A DNA stretch of 64,000 nt from Eukaryota sp. TZLM1-RC (Eukaryota > Protista > Metamonada: BaSk clade). Location of the stretch: positions 434,001 to 498,000 of the forward strand of contig JAUPSS010000004.1 in assembly GCA_040285825.1 (NCBI GenBank), given 5' to 3'. Below are positions 12,776 to 23,699 of this stretch, piece after piece (positions within the stretch are counted from its first letter, which is position 1; every line of letters starts with the position of its first letter). A program made the translations under genes and the position numbers. The notes under the pieces are model-generated. The model made no database searches, was not told the origin of the DNA, and saw nothing but the letters and a program-made list of their open reading frames with translations.

Positions 12776-14854
12776 TCAAAGTGTGGCTTTATCGGTGGTT
12801 AAATAGCCATAGTCAGTTAGAATTGTGCTGTAGCAAGAATCATCTCCAAGAGTGTCAAAGCATGAAGAATAAATATCACCAAGATGTAAACAATCTATTT
12901 GATTCGAATCAAAACCTGTTGATGTATCTATCATTGGCCGTGGGAGATTAAATTCACGTGCAGGTACAGGTATGTCAACCCTAATTAAGGTAAAATCCTC
13001 ACCAGAAGTAAAAGAAAACTTCCCATTTAAAAGACAGTCAGTAACAATTATGGATTTGGTTAAAAAACCACTAAAAGTGACCCCGGTATCTGATAGATCA
13101 GAAGAAGTGACATGGCTAGACGCACAAACTAGACAAGCAAGTTTTAATTGCAAATCACCTTCAACCACTTCATTCCAAATACCTGCTTTGATTACTGTGT
13201 TTTTGGGCGAAAAAGTGATTGAGTTTGTGATTAACTCACAAAGAAGATCAATTGCCGCGAAAGGAGTTAAAATAGAAGTCTCAGAAGGGGCAGTGTAACT
13301 ACAGTCTTCACGTACCAAAGTATCTGACCAAATGTTAGGGATTCCAAAATCAACAAAAACAACATGATGGGAAACCTGGGGTCTAGCCTTGAGAAGTGTA
13401 TCACAATTACAAACAAGTTCCACACTCGAATTAAAAGAAAGATTCTGTTCGAATGTATTGATTCTCGAATAAATTTTTGACTTTAACTTATTGTAGTCAA
13501 TACTCCTCCAGCTATTGGATACATTAGCAACACAAGATCCTTCTTCTAGAAGATAAGAAAACTCTTCAAGATTTTGGTGAATAACAGGAAGTATGTTGTT
13601 TTTTACATAAATGAGATTAGAACAATTAAATTTCGAAAAAAGAGAAGAGTTTTTAATTGCAAGATGGCAGTCCTGTTCAACAACTTTAAGCCATGTAGTC
13701 ATTAGTCCAAGATAATCTTTTGAACTTTTGATAAGACTTTCGGACACAATTAACTTCTTCATATTGCTTTCCAACTGGAGAAACTCAGCAGATTTCACCT
13801 CTTCAGGAGCACAATTGATAATGATACTACAAAGCGTACTTAAATGTATATTGGAATCAACAATAGATAAAAATCGTTCATAATTGGAAATAGTGGTTGA
13901 ACTCCGTGTGTCCGGTTTAGTGTTAAATTTGAATCCCATATGGTTCATCGCTGCAACACTTGAATCAATATCATCTCTTTGCCAATCCATTTTGGAATCA
14001 ACCTTTGGAATGTAGTCTCCAAACCATGGATGTTGAAGGGCTTGTTTAGCAGTCAGGCGCAGTGACGGATCGGCATTGAGGAGCCCAAGTATTAAATCCT
14101 TGAGTCCTTCATCAACTGGAATATGAATTTCAGTCTTCCCTGCAGCATAATCTTGAATCTCATGGAATAACTCCATTCTAGAAGCGGTTTGGGTCCATGG
14201 CGATACACCAAAAGCAAGGATATAGAATGTTACTCCTGTTGCCCAGCAATCTATAACTGGATCATTTTGATATTGTTTCGAAGTCTCCAAAGAGATAAGC
14301 TCTGGGGAGAGAAACAAAGGGGATCCCCTCAACAGTTTGTCAGAAGTGTCGTCAAAAAGAGTGGATACTCCAAAGTCACTGAGAACAACACGTCTACTCT
14401 TGTGGAAACACTTTTCCAAAGTCCGTGCAACAAGAATGTTTGAAGGTTTGATGTCACGATGAACAACACCCTGTTCGTGTATATAACACAATCCGAAAAG
14501 GATTTGGTGGAAAATGTCTTGTAGTGATTCAACGTTAAGGTTTAGCTTAACTTTACCGATATCAGAGTCTTTCAACAGCGCCCAATCACAAAACTCAAGC
14601 ACAATGTAAACAGTATCTGATGTGCCTTCCACCACGTCGTATAGTCTACAAACATGTGGGTTGTTGAACTTTTTGAGGAACGCTATTTCCCTACGAAAAG
14701 AGGACTCAGATGTATTAGAAGTTTTGGAGACATTCATGACCTTTACTGCGACCTCAAGCAATGTCTCGTTATTGTATCCATAGTAAACCTTACTGTAAGA
14801 ACCTTCTCCGAGAAGACTGACCAATGTGTATTTTTGAAGACCATGAGCGCTCAT
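12776..14854 (-). CDS. Ser/Thr kinase (CAMKK-like) fused to a C-terminal degenerate histidine-kinase ATPase (HATPase_c)-like domain
   Basis: LGEGSYSKV, VAVK, HRDIKPSN, DFG, GSPLFLSPE, DCWATGV; first ATG at 14854; C-terminal ELITNSITFS / SDTGV / LLNGKFSFTSG..IP. Confidence 0.85.
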   Translation of the reverse strand: MSAHGLQKYTLVSLLGEGSYSKVYYGYNNETLLEVAVKVMNVSKTSNTSESSFRREIAFLKKFNNPHVCRLYDVVEGTSDTVYIVLEFCDWALLKDSDIGKVKLNLNVESLQDIFHQILFGLCYIHEQGVVHRDIKPSNILVARTLEKCFHKSRRVVLSDFGVSTLFDDTSDKLLRGSPLFLSPELISLETSKQYQNDPVIDCWATGVTFYILAFGVSPWTQTASRMELFHEIQDYAAGKTEIHIPVDEGLKDLILGLLNADPSLRLTAKQALQHPWFGDYIPKVDSKMDWQRDDIDSSVAAMNHMGFKFNTKPDTRSSTTISNYERFLSIVDSNIHLSTLCSIIINCAPEEVKSAEFLQLESNMKKLIVSESLIKSSKDYLGLMTTWLKVVEQDCHLAIKNSSLFSKFNCSNLIYVKNNILPVIHQNLEEFSYLLEEGSCVANVSNSWRSIDYNKLKSKIYSRINTFEQNLSFNSSVELVCNCDTLLKARPQVSHHVVFVDFGIPNIWSDTLVREDCSYTAPSETSILTPFAAIDLLCELITNSITFSPKNTVIKAGIWNEVVEGDLQLKLACLVCASSHVTSSDLSDTGVTFSGFLTKSIIVTDCLLNGKFSFTSGEDFTLIRVDIPVPAREFNLPRPMIDTSTGFDSNQIDCLHLGDIYSSCFDTLGDDSCYSTILTDYGYLTTDKATL

Positions 14855-15119
14855 AAAGTGAAAGAGATTGTTTTGTGAATGACACACAAAAACACGTGTT
14901 AATCCCTTTTGATTTGTTGTTATCCACAATTTGCCACACACTCTTTTCTTGTGCCATTAGGTGCATCAACACATTACTTTCTTCAATTTTTCACATATGT
15001 TCAATCTGTCTACATAAAATTTTCATTAACTTCTATGTTGATTTTTTGCCAATTTGATTAAAAACCAGTAAATCAACGTCTAAATCATCCATCTCTTTAA
15101 AAACCAAAAGACTAAATGC

Positions 15120-15590
15120 AACTCTGTCATTGTGAGATCCCAGCGAATACATTACATCAGAGACAATATTCAACATCCCGTTAAAAATAGAAAATTTTGC
15201 CAAAGCAATCATTTGAATTTTCTGTTAAATCTTCTCTTTACAATCGTTTCATAATATGCCAAAAAAAATTTTAGCCGTTGGAGCAAGTGAAGCGACACTA
15301 GAAATAGAGAAATACAAATGGATACAAATTGTTTCTGCATGCTGTTGACTGGACAATTTGAACAAAGGTTGATTGTATTTTTTGATTTCGTAATTTTCAG
15401 CAATTGAAATAGGATAATGAATTTCAGTGTTAACAGACCTTTGGTTTGAGCCAATTCAAGGATCAACGGTCATTGCATCCAATATAATGAAGCTTCCATC
15501 CAATCCAGGTAGTGAGACATCAGCTCTAATATTTTTTTAATAAATCATTTTCAGACTGAAGCAAATTTCACATAAGAGGTTCCAAAAAGA
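15120..15590 (-). mobile_element. Non-LTR RLE 3' remnant ('LANSEIHNP' family)
   Basis: Homologous to 50130-50600. Confidence 0.75.
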
Positions 15591-17721
15591 GTGCTTTAGA
15601 TAATATGATTTGGATATTGAATATTACACAGAATTTTAGTTCAATAAAAATACTCACATTGTTACTCAGTGATCGGAAACCACCATGTGGTTCAATTATA
15701 CCACTATGTGGACCAGGCGGTGGCACATAGTGTGTGGGAAAAATTCTGAACCTTGATACTTTCTCTCCCAATAATCCTGCCCTCTCTTGTTGTCACTAAC
15801 CACTCATCTCATTTCTCTTCACATGATCCCCTTGTATTAGATCGATTCAATGTTTTTGCATGTGCCATGTTCTTATCACTTTTACTTGCTTGTTCGTGTA
15901 ATCTTCTCTCCACACACCTCGCACTCCTCTCGCACGCACCTTCTACTTTTCCTTGCTTAAAGTCAATATTTTCTCCTTCAGGGGAATCGAACGCTCGACT
16001 ATTGGGTTTCGTATCGCACCGTATCGCACCCAGGAATTGATCTCAAACATGACACTATCTGTATTCGTTTAATTTAATGGTATTTTGACTCAATGGCATC
16101 TTTTCAATCATATTGCTGAAGTATTACTTGGCTACCACCATCCATCAAAACATTGTATTTCATGTTTCTTTGACATCGCCCCGTTTAATTTTTAATTTCA
16201 TTTAATTTTTTTTATTGTCTGTTGACTACAATTGTTTTATTTTTTTGAATCACTTGACTCAAGTCGGAGAATGCAGTCAGTTTTGTTAGCTAGCTTGATC
16301 ATCTGTGTTGCATTGTTTCTGTATTTGAATAACAATGTAATTCAACAAATGACGCCAACTAAATATAATGTATTTTTAGGTGCAGTTTCAATCACATAAG
16401 ACATTTGAATTCCACAAGCAATCGTTCTCATTGATCTGATCAGTGATTTGTTTTTTAATGATATTACCTCTGATTTCATTGATTTTATTAAGAATTTAAT
16501 AACAATTGTCCATTTATTTATTATTCACTGCAATTCTCTTTGATGGTCTAGTTATTTCAATCTCTTCAGTTATTTATAAACAATTAGTCTTTGCATTAGG
16601 AGTTTTCATTGGTTTTTAACCAACCAAGGTTTTTTGCTTTTATTTAAAATTGGTTAAACTAACCCAGTCCATATTTTTGAAATTGCTTTAGGAGAGTTTT
16701 TCCCTCATTTTTCAGCAGGATTCGAACCCAAACAAGACGCTATTTGTTTCCATTTGCTCTATCATTATATCATCATTAGCATAATTGGTCTTTTCTAGGT
16801 CAGATTTCCATAAATATCCACTGAAACGAACATTGAACTTTCTTTCATTCTTTATTGACAGCATTTATGATTTTCATTTTTGACGTGTTCTACAATTTAA
16901 GGCTTGTTAAACCAATTATTCTATTGAATTATAAAGCTTTTTCAAGTATTTGTTAAATAATCTCATCATTGAAGATGGTTGTTTATTATTGACTAATTTC
17001 GTGTTGAAGTCTATATGAAATTCACCCTATTTGTCAGTAAGTTTTGTCAGGTTTGATTTCAGAATTAGTTATTATTCTCTCAAATGATTGTTTTTGTTCT
17101 CATTTGTTGTGTATTTTTCGTTGCCATCTTTTTGCTATCTCAATTTTTTGACCTAATTGTACATTTTCTTTAGCCAGTTGTTGTTGGCACCAATTCTGGT
17201 CTCTTGATTTGTTACTAGTCATGGTTTTATAAGAGTTTACTGTATTGTATTTCCATTGCTATCTATTGATTTCATTATAGTTACTGTTTCATATTGACAG
17301 AATTTTTTTCAAAAGTCTCTACCAAACATTGAGAGTAATTCTCTTTATTTAGGGTCTCTAATCACAAATACATAAACGACTGAATCATCTTTATTCAATC
17401 AGTTATGTCACTGTTTGAGCTTGATTAATGTCAGGAAAGTTCTAGTTACATGTGTCTGTTTAGTGTACATGTTTTGGATTTTTTAAGGTTTTATTCATGC
17501 AACAACCTTATTTATGAATTAAATTGAAGGTTTTCTTTACTGCAAAGAATTTGATTCAACTGTACTTTATTTGATCAGCTTCATTTCAATCTTTACGGTA
17601 TTTTTTGATCAGGAATTATTTTGAAATATCAAAGTTAATATATTCTCGCCAACTGTAATAATTGTTTCAGACTGTTGTTGTTACTGATTAACTATCTTGC
17701 TAGACAGATGAGGAATTTACA

Positions 17722-17734
17722 TGATGACGTGGCA
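17722..17734 (+). promoter_or_regulatory. Recurrent TGATGACGTGGCA (CRE/G-box-like) motif
   Basis: Exact 13-mer also at 18680-18692, and reversed at 35802-35814 and 56803-56815; 10-nt partial at 21497-21506. Confidence 0.55.
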
Positions 17735-17837
17735 CTTGTTCAAAAACAAGTATTTCTATTAGTAAATCTCTTTTTCTCTCTTTACTTCTTTGGTATTTCT
17801 GCCTAACGGCATCAATAATTATTGGCCCTCATTGCAG

Positions 17838-18590
17838 ATGAAATCTACACACGTACCACATCCGTCCCTTGCTTCTATGGAAGTGGATGATGTTCTGTTG
17901 TTCCTACAACAGTGGAAGGTGTACTCTTCTGTTACACCGAAAAAGGACCTTGTTCCAGCAAGGCTCCTCGTTGACCCCTTCTTGTTAGAATCATTGGTTC
18001 TCACAAGACCTGGGGTCGATTCATCCGATGAGGTGTTTCTGGATCATTTAAGATCCTCCACCTCGTTTTCCTCGTACGAGGAATTCAACTTGGTGATGTC
18101 TGAGTTGAAGGTTGATGTCCGTAAGGGCGACGTCCGTGAACGTATGTCCTGCTACCTGAGACGTTTTCTTCAGGCGAAAAGCAGGGCTTCCGGACTAAAA
18201 TTGCCTGACTCAGCCTTCATGATCAGATTCGCCAAGGGTATTCTTCCATTAGGACTGCAGAAATCTCTGATTTCTCGAATTCGGGATGAGGTATTCCCCG
18301 ATTTTCCTACATTGGTAAATACCGCAGAGGATGAACTACTTGATTGCACGCGAGTAGCTTCTTGGAACAGGTCTTCAAAGACTGTTTATGAAAATACCGA
18401 CTCTGTGCGTCAAGCTGGTATGAAGTCTCGTTCATCCCATAGGCCTCGCAATTTGACTGAAGGGACATGTTTCAAATGTCACCAGAAAGGTCATCTAGCT
18501 CGTGATTGCCCCTCAAAAGTTAAGCACGAAGTCAATCATTTACGCCACGTGCCTCAGTATCTCACAAATCCCCTTTCTTCATTATGCTAA
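17838..18590 (+). CDS. gag: Gag protein (250 aa) with CCHC zinc knuckle
   Basis: Intact ORF between the LTRs; CFKCHQKGHLARDC; capsid-like YLRRF..FAKGI. Confidence 0.9.
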   Translation: MKSTHVPHPSLASMEVDDVLLFLQQWKVYSSVTPKKDLVPARLLVDPFLLESLVLTRPGVDSSDEVFLDHLRSSTSFSSYEEFNLVMSELKVDVRKGDVRERMSCYLRRFLQAKSRASGLKLPDSAFMIRFAKGILPLGLQKSLISRIRDEVFPDFPTLVNTAEDELLDCTRVASWNRSSKTVYENTDSVRQAGMKSRSSHRPRNLTEGTCFKCHQKGHLARDCPSKVKHEVNHLRHVPQYLTNPLSSLC

Positions 18591-18979
18591 ATGGTTCACG
18601 AAACTGTTGAAAGAAAATGGGAAGAAGGAGTGTTGTTGTTACTGATTAACTATCTTGCTAGACAGATGAGGAATTTACATGATGACGTGGCACTTGTTCA
18701 AAAACAAGTATTTCTATTAATAAATCTCTTTTTCTCTCTTTACTTCTTTGGTATTTCTGCCTAACGGCATCAAGACTGCTCTTAAGTCAAGTCTGACTAA
18801 CGTATTCAGTTTCTTCTTTCTGACATGCTTTACCCAGTACCATTTTTGTTATTTTCAAGCTCATACCAAAGAACTGAATCAATCTTGGAATATTTTAGTG
18901 ATAAGGCCATTTTTTATTTTTCATCAAGAAAATGACTTCCTTGTTTGAACCAATGTGAGCAAAGGGCAATATTGGGCGA

Positions 18980-20150
18980 CAGTTTGGACAGCTGACCACG
19001 GTGGACCTCCTGAAAGGCATTGCACACGTCAAACTTGATCAATTTTACAAAAGATTGGCCAATGTACTACGAATTGACTGAACAATAGCCTCGCTTCCAG
19101 AGACCTATACTCCATATTGATTTGAATTAATCCAAAAATCCATGTTTAATTTTGATAGTACAGGAGGAGGATTACTGTTCCGCGAGAGAGGACTCTCCTT
19201 AGATGGAGGATTTCTCTCCTTTTCAGAAAAGACTGCTAACATTATGGCCATTCAAGCCATTAACTAATGATGCTGTTAATGTGATAAACAGAAAAACTGT
19301 GGATTTCACGCTTATTGCATAAAATTTCATTTTTACCAATCTTTCACCACTTCACAAAAGAAAATCTTTACTGACAATATACCAGAACATAACCTCACAT
19401 TTGTCAAGGTTGATTTCAACTTATACCTCTTCAAAGCTTTGTTAACTCAGTTAAAAGTTCTTTTACAAACAGGCACAACTCAATGATCTCATGGTTACTG
19501 AAGTAACTCACTTTTTCATCAGATATTATAAGGACACATTATGAGAGCAAAATTTTCCTCTTCATCCAGAGGCCGAACTCTAAGTACAATTCAAAGGAGT
19601 TACTTCAGGAACTTACAGAAACTGTCCTCAATGACACAATGAAGAAAAGGATCACTGGTGCAGATGAAGGCCAGGTTGCTTTTTGTGTAAAAGTAAAGCC
19701 TCGGAATATCAACAAGGCTGAATACAAGACTACTTTTATCAACGAACAAAACGAAATTGAAATTAATACAGCCATTGTAGATGATCTTAAAGGAGCTAAA
19801 TCTATATGCTGTACAAAGTGCTTGAGCCACATGGCCACACAAATGTACCAAAGGGCACAGTACTGTCGTGATCCCTGTTGATTTGATACCATTCTTTTCC
19901 CCAGTAGATGAGTCTTCGTCCGTTTGCACAGAAGATCGACATACTAATGCTGATTGTATCACCCAGTATGTATCGATTCGAATGATCAAAATGGATGCTG
20001 CTTCAGTGGACTAAGAACAGAGTTCCTTCGTGATTTAAACTATTTTATTGAAGGCACTTTTATTTAGTCTCCCAGAAAAACTAGATTAAGTGCTGCATTA
20101 AAAGCTAATTTCAAAAGGGTAAATGCGCAGAAGACCCTCATTTCAGTTCT
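18980..20150 (+). pseudogene. Decayed ORF of unknown protein within the repeated unit
   Basis: Coding-like composition with scattered stops; longest piece 19639-19881; no family recognised. Confidence 0.3.
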
Positions 20151-20253
20151 CCCTGATATTATATAGTTTTCAGTTTAATATAGTTCTTTTAGATGAGAAT
20201 TGTAGTACATTAGTTATTTTGATAAATATATTGATAATTAAATCAACATTTTT

Positions 20254-20622
20254 TTAAAGAACACATTGACCTTCTCCGTTAATATAATGAGAAACATAAA
20301 ATGTGCCATTGTTCCATCCAGCATGCGTAAACAACTGGCGACAATCTACATTCATCTGTGGTAAAACTGTCTGAAGTATATCAAAACAAGACCAATTGTG
20401 ATCATCGCGACATACTTTTTGTGTAAAATTTCTCACTTCATGACGTGAAATCTTGAAAAAAGCCTCAATTGGATTGCTTTCGGGACAGTAGGCCTGTAGT
20501 ATATAATAACGTAAGCCAGCTTTATGTACCCCTTGAGCCAGATCGGGTGAAATTTCAATTTTAAATCCATCGAATAAGATTATAGATCTAGGTCCACCAT
20601 TAGTAAAGCAAAGTCCAGAGGA
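20254..20622 (-). mobile_element. IS630/Tc1-type DD34E transposase, C-terminal fragment
   Basis: Manual translation GPRSIILFD-(34 aa)-E ending in AYCPESNPIEAFF, equivalent to the YSPDLNPIE motif; N-terminal part lost at the 20622/20623 junction. Confidence 0.8.
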
Positions 20623-21584
20623 CTAACGGCATCAATAATGATTGGCCCTTCGTATTTCAGATGACTGTTCCCTCTGTCAACCACCCGTCTCTTTCTTCTA
20701 TGAAAGTTGAGAATGTTCTTTGTTCCTACAAGAGTGGAAGATCTATTCTGCTGTGACTCCTAAAAAAAAGCTTGTTCCAGCAAGGCTCTTGGTCGATTCT
20801 TTTCTGTTAGAGTCCCTATCTGTTCAGAAATCCGACGTCTCTTCCAGTGACGATGTTCTTCTTAGACATCTACAATGCGTCATATCGTTCGCCACGTACG
20901 AAGATTTTAGTCTGGCTATGCCAGAACTGAAGCTTGATGTCCGTATTGGTGACGTCCAAGAACGTATGTCTTGTTACCTGCGACGTTTCCTCCAGGTAAA
21001 GAGTAAGGCTTCCGGACTGAAGTTACCAGACACAGCTTTTCTGAATCGATTTGCCAGAGGAATTCTTCCCGTAGGTCTTCAACGTTCTCTTCTAGCGAAA
21101 ATTCGAGATGATGTATTTCCAGATCTTCACTCTCTTGTCGAAACCACTACTGATGAGCTGTTGGACTGCTCTAGGGTTGCTTCATGGACTCGTGGTTTGA
21201 AAACCTCATTTAGTGATGTGGCTGGTACTAAAACGAGGTTCTCTTGGCGCTCTCAGGATTTAAAAAATCAGTCGTGCTTCAAGTGCAACAGACCTGGACA
21301 CATCTCCCGCGATTGTCCAACTAAAAACAAACATGAGGTGAATTATGTGTGTCACACAAACGATGCACCAAAGAGGTTAACAAACCCCATATCTTCCCTC
21401 TATTGAGCCAGTACTGTATTTGTCTTCAGAAAAATGGGAAAAAGTAGTGTTGTTGTTGAACTCAAATTGAATTAGTAGGTTTCTATGTATTTCGACTGAT
21501 GACGTGATACTCATTTATGAATCAGTTTTATTAATAAACTCATATTTCTCTCTCCTTCGTGTGTTCATCTGCCTAACGTCATCA
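20623..21584 (+). mobile_element. Second, diverged Gag-only LTR element with truncated 5' LTR
   Basis: Last 12 nt of the 5' LTR (CTAACGGCATCA) at 20623-20634; PPT AAAATGGGAAAAAGTAG; 3' LTR 21448-21584 (TGTTG..CATCA). Confidence 0.9.
20661..21406 (+). pseudogene. gag: Gag with a 1-nt frameshift near 20720
   Basis: Homologous to 17838-18590 throughout; CFKCNRPGHISRDC. Confidence 0.85.
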
Positions 21585-23209
21585 GATTAATTCAAATCAA
21601 TATGGAGTATAGTTTACTGGGAGCGAGACTATTATTCATTCATTCGTAGTAATCTTGGCCAATTTTTTGAGAAATTGATCAGTTTTGACGTGCGCAATGC
21701 TTTTCTAGAGGTCCACAGTGGTCAGTTCGCCTTGGAGAATGACCAAAATTGACCTTGGCTCACATTGGTTCAAACAAGGAAGTCATTTTCTTGATGAAAA
21801 ATAAATAATGGTCTGGTCACTAAAATATCCCAATATTGATTCAGTTCTTTGGTATGAGCTTGAAAATAACAAAAGTGGTACTTGGTAAAGCATGTCAGAA
21901 AGAAGAAACTGAATACGTTAGTCAGACTTGACTTAAGAGCAGTCTGAAACAACTAGTGAAGTCTCTGAGAATATATTAACATTGATATTTCAAAATAATT
22001 CCTGACCAAAAAATACCGTAAAGATTGAAATGAAGCCGATCAAATAAAGTACAGTTGAATCAAATTCTTTGCAGTAAAGAAAACCTTCAATTTAATTCAT
22101 CAATAAGGTTGTTGCATGAATAAAACCTTAAAAAATCCAAAACATGTGCACTAAACAGACACATGTAACTAGAACTTTCCTGACAATAATCAAGCTCAAA
22201 CAGTGACATAACTGATTGAATAAAGATGATTCAGTCGTTTATGTATTTGTGATTAGAGACCCTAAATAAAGAGAATTACTCTCAATGTTTGGTAGAGACT
22301 TTTGAAAAAAATTCTGTCAATATGAAACAGTAACTATAATGAAATCAATAGGTAGCAATGGAAATACAATACAGTAAACTCTTATAAAACCATGACTAGT
22401 AACAAATTAAGAGACCAGAATTGGTGCCAACAACAACTGGCTAAAGAAAATGTACAATTAGGTCAAAAAATTGAGATAGCAAAAAGATGGCAACGAAAAA
22501 TATACAACAAGTCAGAAAAAATAACAATCATTTGAAAGAATAATAACAAATTCTGAAACCAAACCTGACAAAACTTACCGACAAATAGGGTGGGATTCAG
22601 TTTGACTTTACACGAAATTAGTCAATAATAAACAACCATCTTCAATGATGAGATTATTCAACAAATACTTGAAAAAGCTTTATAATTCAATAAAAAAATT
22701 GGTTTAACAAGCCTTAAATTGCAGAATAAGTCAAAAATAAAAATCATGAATGCTGTCAATTAAGAATAAATGAAAAATCAAAGTTGGCTTCAGTTGATGT
22801 TTATGGCAATCTCAGAAAAGCCCAATTATGTTAATGATAATATAAGATAAGAGCAAATGAAAACAAATAACGTCTTGTTTGTTTTCGATTCCTGCTGAAT
22901 GAAATATGAGGGGAAAAACTCTCCTAACGCAATTTCAAAAATATGGAAAAACGAATTTGAAATTACTGAAAACTCAACTTAATACTGAGTTGGTTAAAAA
23001 AACAATCAAAACTCCTCATTCAAAGACAAATAGATTGTAAATACCTGAATAGATTAAAATAACTAGATCGTCAAAGAGAATTGCACTGAATAATAAATAA
23101 ATGGACAATTATTATAAAATTCTCGATAAAATAAATGAAACCTGAAATAATATCATTAATTAGCAAATCACTGATCAGATCAATCGCATGAATTGCTTGT
23201 GGAATTCAA
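21585..23209 (-). repeat. Right arm of the long inverted repeat
   Basis: Reverse complement of 16405-17672 plus 18773-19132. Confidence 0.92.
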
Positions 23210-23699
23210 TTGTGAAAGAATGAGCACTGTGTTGTTTAATGTCATGCATGTTAAGTAGAATGAAAAGAATTAACAAAAAGTAGGATTGTGTAAACGATGA
23301 AGGGGGGTTTGAGTAGTATAGTAGTCAAACATAAAATGTATACCCAGTGCTCTACAGTCTATGTCTTCAATGATACTGCAACAGAGGAACAGTTTTTTTC
23401 AGTTCCTAACGTACATTTGTAGAAAAGTAGGTAATTTAAAATGGGGAAAGGAAAACACCTGTGTCAAAGTCAATGCTGATCGAGCAATATAACGAACACT
23501 ATGAATGGATTGGTTAATTGTAGAACTTAGACTGTGTTTTGAACGAAATGGATTGGCAGATGAAGTTTTATCATTGTCTACTGGTTGACAAAATTGGAAT
23601 TGAAAACGTATACATTTCGTTGAACTGGTAACTCTGCGTCAAATTGATTCACATAAGTGCACGTTGATGTTAATTAAAATAATTTTTTTAAATAAGGAA

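Larger units (their letters stand above)
17673..18772 (+). mobile_element. Complete Gag-only non-autonomous LTR retrotransposon, 1100 bp
   Basis: 142-bp LTRs 17673-17814 and 18631-18772 (TG..CA, one mismatch seen); 4-bp TSD AGAC; empty site present in the inverted arm at 21942-21945; PPT AAATGGGAAGAAGGAG. Confidence 0.95.
16405..19132 (+). repeat. Left arm of a long inverted repeat (~1.6 kb excluding the LTR insert)
   Basis: Reverse complement of 21585-23209; near-identical in the centre, more diverged at the ends. Confidence 0.92.

Noticed and set aside
15970-16040. tRNA gene or SINE (B-box-like GTTCGATTCC on the minus strand; another at ~16717-16729)
   Set aside because: No cloverleaf can be folded; T-stem mismatched; the second box is not conserved in the inverted copy
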